Positions 16,955 to 22,981 of a stretch of 64,000 nt of DNA are shown here, in pieces. This stretch comes from Bacilli bacterium (GTDB lineage Bacteria > Bacillota_I > Bacilli_A > RF39 > UBA660). The notes beneath the pieces were generated by a model. The model searched no databases. It saw only the letters and a list, made by a program, of their open reading frames with translations, and was not told where the DNA came from. Made by a program: the position numbers and the translations under genes. Location of the stretch: the NCBI GenBank assembly GCA_017397685.1, contig JAFQID010000029.1:1931-65930 (forward strand), in the 5' to 3' direction. Each line of letters opens with the position of its first letter. Position 1 is the first letter of the stretch.

Positions 16955-17003
16955 CTAGATAAGTTTTAGATAAGCAAAAAAACTATCTAAAGCTTATTTA
17001 AAC
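16955..17003 (-). repeat. TTATCT-family iterons (two inverted, two direct)
   Basis: TAGATAAGTTT TAGATAAGC is followed by ACTATCTAAAG CTTATTTAAAC. Confidence 0.75.
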
Positions 17004-17037
17004 GTACTTTTTACCATTTTTATGTAACATCAAAAAT

Positions 17038-17126
17038 CAAAAAAATCCTCGTAAAGCCTTTATTTACGGGGATTTTCTATATTATTTACCACAACATTGT
17101 TTATACTTTTTACCACTGCCACATGG
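17038..17126 (-). repeat. secA-tail copy A6 (45-mer at 17082-17126) with its terminator
   Basis: Encodes PCGSGKKYKQCCGK*. The hairpin is CCTCGTAAA/TTTACGGGG plus a T-run. Confidence 0.9.
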
Positions 17127-17290
17127 TAAAAAGATTCCTAGCTTTTGGTAGCACTTTATAGCTTTTGAGAGCGTTTGGCAGCCCTTTTTCGCCCTTTTTG
17201 GCTTCCGAGAGCATTCGGGAATCCTAGCTAAGGGTATCTAAAAAGGTATCTAATTTTCAAAAATTACCATTTTTCAAATATTTTTTGTAT
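17127..17290 (-). repeat. T1 element body, copy d
   Basis: Close to copy b. The hairpin lies at 17200-17224 and the tandem GGTATCTAAAAA GGTATCTAATTT at 17233-17256. Confidence 0.85.
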
Positions 17291-17296
17291 TACTGT

Positions 17297-17821
17297 TTAA
17301 CTCTTTAATTTTTCTTTAATAAATTTTATTTTTTTATCATTTTCTTCTCTGGTATTTTGATCATTAGATTCTCTAAAATAATCTAAAAATTCAAATTCTA
17401 TATATAGCCATTCACTTATTCCTTTAAAATATTCAATAATGCCATTAATCTCTTCTTCGTTGTCTTCTTTCGTTGCATAGCCTGTCAATATAAGGTAAAA
17501 TTTCTTACCTTTTAGTAATTCGTGATTATACAAAGGATTAAATCTATCTATTAAATTTTTTAATATTCCATTAATATTACTCATATACATTGGACTGGCC
17601 AATAGAATGTCATTTGCTTTTATTATTTCTTCATATACATTATTTGTAATAAAGTCATTTAAAACACAATGTCTTTCAAGATTGTCTTGACACCTTTCAC
17701 AACCTAAACAAAAATCCATTTTTTTGTTTGCTAATGATATTAACTTATCGCTGTCACTTTTAATATCATTTAATATTTTGTAACAATTCACTTCTCTATT
17801 AGAACAATTTATCAATAACAT
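17297..17821 (-). CDS. Flavodoxin-fold FMN reductase / iron-sulfur flavoprotein-like protein
   Basis: The N-terminus LLINCSNREVNCYKIL and the Cys cluster FCLGCERCQ...HC resemble the Isf/NADPH-FMN reductase family. Confidence 0.5.
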   Translation of the reverse strand: MLLINCSNREVNCYKILNDIKSDSDKLISLANKKMDFCLGCERCQDNLERHCVLNDFITNNVYEEIIKANDILLASPMYMSNINGILKNLIDRFNPLYNHELLKGKKFYLILTGYATKEDNEEEINGIIEYFKGISEWLYIEFEFLDYFRESNDQNTREENDKKIKFIKEKLKS

Positions 17822-17851
17822 ATATTTTTCCTCCTTTTAAAGATATAATAC

Positions 17852-18442
17852 TTATTCATTGTTTAATTCAAATAATTCTTCCTTAATATTTTCCCATGGA
17901 TATACAGAAACAAGATGATAATTTATTCCTAATTTTTTACACTCTTCTTCGGAAATTTGTTTTGTTTCATTTGTAATCAATCCCCAAGTTGTATAACAAA
18001 CATTATCTACATTGTTTCTATATGAATAATCTCTTGTTAATGATACATAGATTATTTTTACATTTTCACCAAATTTTTCTCTTAAAAGCTTTACTGCTAT
18101 ATTTGATGTGGTTCCTGTAACGTGATTTCCTTCAACAAGTAAAATGCATTCATCTTCTGCTACTTGTGTATTTTTTTTATAGTCCAAACCGACCTTTAAA
18201 TCTATATCATGAGTTTCGCTATTATGTTTCAATTGTATTGGTAACATATCTATGATATTAAACATATGGGATAATTTGACAGCAGGAACGCCTCCACCTC
18301 TTAATATTGGGGCTATATATTTAATTTTTAAATTATTTTCAGTTATATAGTTTTTTACATCTGAATAAATTTTATCTATAAATTCATCTATTCTTTTCCA
18401 AGATATCAAATCTAAATCCTTTTCAGTATATTTGTATTTCAT
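17852..18442 (-). CDS. Phosphoribosyltransferase-domain protein
   Basis: PRPP-binding loop CILLVEGNHVTGTTSN. Confidence 0.6.
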   Translation of the reverse strand: MKYKYTEKDLDLISWKRIDEFIDKIYSDVKNYITENNLKIKYIAPILRGGGVPAVKLSHMFNIIDMLPIQLKHNSETHDIDLKVGLDYKKNTQVAEDECILLVEGNHVTGTTSNIAVKLLREKFGENVKIIYVSLTRDYSYRNNVDNVCYTTWGLITNETKQISEEECKKLGINYHLVSVYPWENIKEELFELNNE

Positions 18443-18605
18443 AAAGTCATCTCCTAATAAATATTATATCATAATTTTTTTGCTTATATTTAATGAAAAA
18501 TAAATCATTTAATATCTGTGTTCTATGTCTATACAATTTTTTTGCCGAAATTACAAAGAATTTATATTTTATACAACTAAAATTTGAACAATAAATTTCA
18601 CAAAA

Positions 18606-18629
18606 CGTATGTTAAAACGTATATAAAAA
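18606..18629 (-). repeat. Iteron pair, GTATGT family
   Basis: CGTATGTTAAAA CGTATATAAAAA. Confidence 0.75.
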
Positions 18630-18663
18630 GCATTAATTATAGTTAGATAAATTGTAATTTGTA

Positions 18664-18882
18664 TTACTTATTCAAATAATATTTGTTGTCTTTTGTCTTT
18701 ACTAAAATCTTTTGTTTTTGTAATTTATCATTTATTCTTACAAATCTATCAGGTTTTCCAACACCAACTTCTTCTAATGTTTTTGCAGTTTCTTCACTAA
18801 TAGCACCACATAAATATAATTTTTTGATTATTAAATTTCTTCTTAATAAATATATATTTAACATAATTTTCAATTTTTCCAT
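18664..18882 (-). CDS. Hypothetical protein, 72 aa
   Basis: ORF directly downstream of the XRE gene. The motif ATAAATTGTAATTT follows its stop. Confidence 0.45.
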   Translation of the reverse strand: MEKLKIMLNIYLLRRNLIIKKLYLCGAISEETAKTLEEVGVGKPDRFVRINDKLQKQKILVKTKDNKYYLNK

Positions 18883-18890
18883 TTATCCAA

Positions 18891-19247
18891 TTAAAACACA
18901 AGTTGAATAATAATGAAAATCAACATTCCAATAATTCCACTCAATACTGCAAATTTAAGTCTTAATCTCTTACCATATTTTTCTATTAAATACAAACGAA
19001 GATGTTGTTCTGAAAAAAATTTAAAATCCTGTTCAAGCATTTTTTCTCCATAATAAAATTCGTTAATTGAAATTCCTAAAGTATTACACAAAGAATCCAA
19101 AATAGTATAATCAGGCAAAGATTTTCCATTTTCCCATCTACTAATAGATTTTGATGACACCTCTAAAATTTCGCTTAGTTGTTCTTGTGTGATATTTTTT
19201 TGTTTTCTGCATTCTAAAATAAATTTACCTATTTTTTCTTGGTTCAT
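18891..19247 (-). CDS. XRE-family HTH protein with a C-terminal TM helix
   Basis: MNQEKIGKFILECRKQKNITQEQLSEILEVSSKSISRWENGKSLPD. The N-terminus is paralogous to the gene at 43819-44685. Confidence 0.8.
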   Translation of the reverse strand: MNQEKIGKFILECRKQKNITQEQLSEILEVSSKSISRWENGKSLPDYTILDSLCNTLGISINEFYYGEKMLEQDFKFFSEQHLRLYLIEKYGKRLRLKFAVLSGIIGMLIFIIIQLVF

Positions 19248-19400
19248 TATTATCCCTCTTTTCTAAAACAATTGTATATTATATGCTTTAAATTTAACAG
19301 GACATAAACTGAGAGTTTATCAAATTACTATTTTTCTATTTAATTATATCATTTTTTTATAATTAATTTGTCAGAATTATGCTCAAAATCACTAAAAAAA

Positions 19401-19422
19401 CGTATGTAAAACGTATGTAGAA
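19401..19422 (-). repeat. Iteron pair, GTATGT family
   Basis: CGTATGTAAAA CGTATGTAGAA, identical to 8067-8088. Confidence 0.9.
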
Positions 19423-19457
19423 GCACTTTTTGAGGGAAAAGTACAACTTTTCAAAAA

Positions 19458-19545
19458 AATAAAAACCCCGGAAACCATTATATTTCTTGGGTTTGTGAGG
19501 CTATTTACCACAGCACTGTTTATACTTGCGACCGCTGCCACATGG
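19458..19545 (-). repeat. secA-tail copy A7 (45-mer at 19501-19545) with its terminator
   Basis: CCATGTGGCAGCGGTCGCAAGTATAAACAGTGCTGTGGTAAATAG encodes PCGSGRKYKQCCGK*. Confidence 0.9.
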
Positions 19546-19602
19546 CAACCTATTAAAACAACCAGGTAATTTTTTGTTTGAAAATTGGGCTTTCTTACTC
19601 AT
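19501..19602 (-). CDS. 33-aa SEC-C-motif micro-ORF, the only secA-tail copy with an in-frame ATG
   Basis: MSKKAQFSNKKLPGCFNRLPCGSGRKYKQCCGK. There is no obvious Shine-Dalgarno sequence, so expression is uncertain. Confidence 0.3.
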   Translation of the reverse strand: MSKKAQFSNKKLPGCFNRLPCGSGRKYKQCCGK

Positions 19603-19672
19603 AAGTTTTAATAACTTACACTTAAAAAATTGCAATAAAGTGATGTCTAATTTTCTAACAATGCGGTTTAAA

Positions 19673-19696
19673 CTTATCTAATAACTTATCTTAAAA
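19673..19696 (-). repeat. Iteron pair, TTATCT family
   Basis: CTTATCTAATAA CTTATCTTAAAA. Confidence 0.85.
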
Positions 19697-19735
19697 AATT
19701 GATTTGTTAATAATATAATATAGAAACTATAATTG

Positions 19736-20416
19736 CTAGAATTTTTTGACTAATTTTCTTTCAAATGATGTAACAGGGTATCCGTCTACTTTTGCACCTA
19801 AAAGTATTGTTATTTCTTTACCATTTTTATGTTTAACAAAGTTTTCAATATCTTCATCTACTAAATATATTAATTCAAATGGTAAACCATTTTGTCTAGA
19901 AATAATCTCTCTTGTTTTATCACTCAAACTATAACCATCTACATTTTCTCTTTTTTTACCAAGTACTATTAATGTATCAATTTCAGCATCATCAAAATAT
20001 GTTCCACTTTGAAATTTTTCTATTTCCTCTTCTTTATTAATGAAAGCCCATTGTAAAGTTAATAGTCCTTCATCGTCATCTTTAGTAGTATAAAAAACTG
20101 TTGGTTCGCCATATTCTTCACTTAATATTGAATAGAAATCACTTAAGGCAGCCATTTTTTCACCAAGTGAACTACCACAATGATTAGACCCCACACCTAT
20201 TCTTAAAAACTCATTTTCAGAAAATTTAAAATAAAATGGCAAACAGCATCCATTAAACATATATTCCCCATTATTTCTTCTGTATGAGGATAAATATTTA
20301 CCACTTGGAATTTCTATATACGTAGAACCATAAAAATCAATTTTATCTCCTAATTTCTTCTTTAGCTTACTTGCTAACAAATTGCAATCTTCCGCTTTTG
20401 AATATAACTCACTCAT
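19736..20416 (-). CDS. Hypothetical protein, 226 aa
   Basis: Long ORF with RBS AGGAGG and an upstream TGATATAAT promoter. I recognise no domain. Confidence 0.6.
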   Translation of the reverse strand: MSELYSKAEDCNLLASKLKKKLGDKIDFYGSTYIEIPSGKYLSSYRRNNGEYMFNGCCLPFYFKFSENEFLRIGVGSNHCGSSLGEKMAALSDFYSILSEEYGEPTVFYTTKDDDEGLLTLQWAFINKEEEIEKFQSGTYFDDAEIDTLIVLGKKRENVDGYSLSDKTREIISRQNGLPFELIYLVDEDIENFVKHKNGKEITILLGAKVDGYPVTSFERKLVKKF

Positions 20417-20520
20417 TTATAAAACCTCCTGATCTGAATATATTATATCATATTTTTTAATTGTTCAGGTATTCAATTTGTTTTACCATCATTATTATAG
20501 AGTCAAAATCAATAAAAAAA

Positions 20521-20542
20521 CTTATCTAAAACTTATCTAAAC
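20521..20542 (-). repeat. Iteron pair, TTATCT family
   Basis: CTTATCTAAAA CTTATCTAAAC. Confidence 0.9.
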
Positions 20543-20581
20543 GACTTTTTTGAGGTATAATTACCTAAAAATTGTAATCAT

Positions 20582-20666
20582 CAAAAAGCCCGCAATCCCT
20601 TTATTTATGCGGGCTTACAGGCTTATTTTCCACAACATTGCTTATATTTCTTTCCACTGCCACATG
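20582..20666 (-). repeat. secA-tail copy A8 (45-mer at 20622-20666) with its terminator
   Basis: CCATGTGGCAGTGGAAAGAAATATAAGCAATGTTGTGGAAAATAA encodes PCGSGKKYKQCCGK*. The hairpin is GCCCGCA/TGCGGGC. An in-frame TAA lies 2 codons upstream of the 45-mer. Confidence 0.9.
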
Positions 20667-20832
20667 GATTTTAGTTTTCGGGTTTTTAACAGCATTTTCG
20701 GGCTTTTGGGGGGCTTCTAGGATCCCTTTTTTGCCCTTTTTGGCTTCCGGCAACACTCGGGAAGCCTAGCAGAGAGTATCTAAAAAGGTATCTAAAATTT
20801 AAAAATTAGCCTTTTTCGAATATTTTTTGTAT
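20667..20832 (-). repeat. T1 element body, copy e
   Basis: The hairpin GGCTTCCGGCAACACTCGGGAAGCC lies at 20742-20766 and AGTATCTAAAAA GGTATCTAAAAT at 20775-20798, followed by the standard tail. Confidence 0.85.
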
Positions 20833-20862
20833 TTCAATTTTTTACATAATAAATTATTTATT

Positions 20863-21381
20863 TTATCTTCTTAATGATTTAACATATTCTTGATGTCTAA
20901 CTTCTTCTGGCTTTTCCAACCACCAATTGTTGTAGTCATTATTAATACCTTTTTCAAACAATTCTCTATTAGAATTTAGAAATGCCATCCAATCCTTATT
21001 AAATTCAATACACCACCAAAAATCAGTTCTTAATTTTTTAAAACCTGTATCCTTTGTTGATGAGGTTGGTATTTTTTCTAACTCTGAATATTCTTTTAAA
21101 TGATATGGGGTATTTATAAATGAAGCTAATCCCTCTAATATTTCATTTGATAATTCTTGATTTGAAAATAATATTAACTCATTATTTTCCTTTGTATATA
21201 TTCCCGTAGAAGTATATACATAACTATCAAAGTCATGCATAATTCTTCTGAAAGATCTTGGAATAGCACCAAATTCAAATTCAGCTGAACCCATATAATC
21301 TAAATCTACTACTCCATCTCTTCCAGTTAAACCGTTTCCATCTTTATTAAACTTTCCTCTTTGTATTAAATAGAACTTCAT
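20863..21381 (-). CDS. Hypothetical protein, 172 aa
   Basis: Long ORF with no recognised domain. Confidence 0.6.
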   Translation of the reverse strand: MKFYLIQRGKFNKDGNGLTGRDGVVDLDYMGSAEFEFGAIPRSFRRIMHDFDSYVYTSTGIYTKENNELILFSNQELSNEILEGLASFINTPYHLKEYSELEKIPTSSTKDTGFKKLRTDFWWCIEFNKDWMAFLNSNRELFEKGINNDYNNWWLEKPEEVRHQEYVKSLRR

Positions 21382-21488
21382 TAATTATCATCCCTTTGTG
21401 ATTATTTATTATAGCATAATTACTCATAAAAACAATAATTTAACCTAATAATTATCGTACTTCTTTATATTTATTATTTTATCATTCT

Positions 21489-21660
21489 AAACTCGTTTAC
21501 CATTGTCATTTTGGCAATGGACACAATTTCTTCTTTTTTCTTAATTAAATTTTTGCAAATCCTTATAAATAAAGGAAATATCGTGATTTATATCAATACA
21601 AAAATTTTGTATTTTAAGCCCATTTTGGGGTATCTAGATACCTTTTAGATACTCAGCGGA
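21489..21660 (-). repeat. T2 element, copy c
   Basis: The palindrome GGTATCTAGATACC lies at 21629-21642 and TAGATACT at 21646-21653. Confidence 0.85.
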
Positions 21661-21719
21661 AGGTATGTAAAAAGGTATCTAATTTTCAAAAATAAGCCTT
21701 TTTCGAACATTTTTTGTAT
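21661..21719 (-). repeat. T1 tail fragment, copy f
   Basis: GGTATGTAAAAA GGTATCTAATTT is followed by AAAAATAAGCCTTTTTCGAACATTTTTTGTAT. Confidence 0.8.
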
Positions 21720-21752
21720 TGCTTTTTTAACACATTTTTTATTAATTAAAAA

Positions 21753-22667
21753 TTATATTTTTAACTTCTTACAATTATTTTTAGAAGAATACTTTATCCT
21801 TTGATATAAATCACTTTTTAATTCTTCTGGTAACATAGGCATATTTGCCAATTCTGTCATAAAATTAGTCTTTGAGTAATTATCTAAAGGTTGATTTTCA
21901 AATTCCATACTCCAATCAAAAGCAAAATAATTATCTTCTTTTTCAAATTCATTTCCAGGATAATCTAATATAATTGCACTATATTGTCCACCAAAACTGC
22001 TTTCTCCGATTATTGTCGAACATGAAAATCTATTAAGATCTTCTTCTTTTGTTTCATAATCAATTGGAAGTAATTTATAACCACTTTCCCAATTAACACC
22101 AGTTAATATGTATCTATCTAGATTATAATATTTTTCTAATGCCTCTAATACAGCAGCATTATTCAAATTATTATTTTTTACATAAGTTAGTATCTTCCAC
22201 ACAGTAAATGTTGGAATCTTTTTTAACCACTGATTTTTTTGTCTTCTTTCTTCTAATCTTTCTATGGATTCTTGAAAGACTTCAAGAAATATTGGATTAC
22301 TTTTTAATGATTCAATATGTTTATATAAAACAGTATTTTCCATATTTTCATCTGTAAATAAAAATTCTTCATACGCATCAACTATATCATTACATACCTT
22401 TGCAAAAAGATAAGGTTTTTCTTGATGCATATTTTTTTTGCAATCACTTGATAATTGCGTTAATAATGACAACATTTCATCATCATTTGTAATTTTTAAT
22501 TTTTGCTTTTTTATTTTTTTAATTAACTCTTTATTTGATTTCAATTGTTTTTTATAATATTCTTTTTCAATCCCATCACCAATACACAAAGCTAATATTA
22601 AATCTCTATTTTCATAAATATATAAATATCTTTTTATTAATTCATCTTGAACTAAGTTAATTTCCAT
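21753..22667 (-). CDS. Hypothetical protein, 304 aa
   Basis: Long ORF with no recognised domain. It is the first gene after secA. Confidence 0.6.
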   Translation of the reverse strand: MEINLVQDELIKRYLYIYENRDLILALCIGDGIEKEYYKKQLKSNKELIKKIKKQKLKITNDDEMLSLLTQLSSDCKKNMHQEKPYLFAKVCNDIVDAYEEFLFTDENMENTVLYKHIESLKSNPIFLEVFQESIERLEERRQKNQWLKKIPTFTVWKILTYVKNNNLNNAAVLEALEKYYNLDRYILTGVNWESGYKLLPIDYETKEEDLNRFSCSTIIGESSFGGQYSAIILDYPGNEFEKEDNYFAFDWSMEFENQPLDNYSKTNFMTELANMPMLPEELKSDLYQRIKYSSKNNCKKLKI

Positions 22668-22751
22668 AAAACACTCCTATCAATTATTATATCACAAAAT
22701 TAGCAATTTTTATAAATAAAATACTAGAGTTTAAATATTAATGTTTTATGT

Positions 22752-22935
22752 CTATTTGGCAGTGGACACAATTTAATCTTTTTTTATTAGATAAATCTTC
22801 GCAATTCCTTATAATTAAAGGAAATATCGTTATTTTAAGCAATACAATTTTTTTGTATTTTTGCTTCAAAAAAAGGTATCTAGATACCTTTTAAATACTC
22901 ATCGGAAGGTATCTAAAAAAGTATTTAAATTATTT
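22752..22935 (-). repeat. T2 element, copy d, directly downstream of the real secA
   Basis: The palindrome GGTATCTAGATACC lies at 22875-22888, followed by GGTATCTAAAAAAGTATTTAAA. Confidence 0.85.
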
Positions 22936-22950
22936 TTATAATTTTAGGCA

Positions 22951-22979
22951 TCAAAAAAGCCCTTGTTTTACGGGCTTTA
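22951..22979 (-). terminator. secA intrinsic terminator
   Basis: AAAGCCC (22956-22962) pairs with GGGCTTT (22972-22978). A T-run follows on the minus strand. Confidence 0.75.
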
Positions 22980-22981
22980 TT

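Larger units (their letters stand above)
4452..22981 (-). mobile_element. Putative accretion array of eight small islets inserted at the secA 3' end; no recombinase gene seen
   Basis: Eight displaced copies of the secA tail, each with a terminator. Matched iteron pairs bracket each gene block, and every block has its own promoter. See findings. Confidence 0.5.

Noticed and set aside
4634-22920. The iteron clusters as CRISPR arrays
   Set aside because: The repeat units are only 11-12 bp and abut each other without spacers. Each cluster has just 2-4 copies, and there are no cas genes.
4452-22981. The array as a classical integron
   Set aside because: There is no intI-like gene in the window, and the repeats have no attC-type R''/R' GTTRRRY cores. 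Cassettes also carry their own promoters and terminators, unlike integron cassettes.
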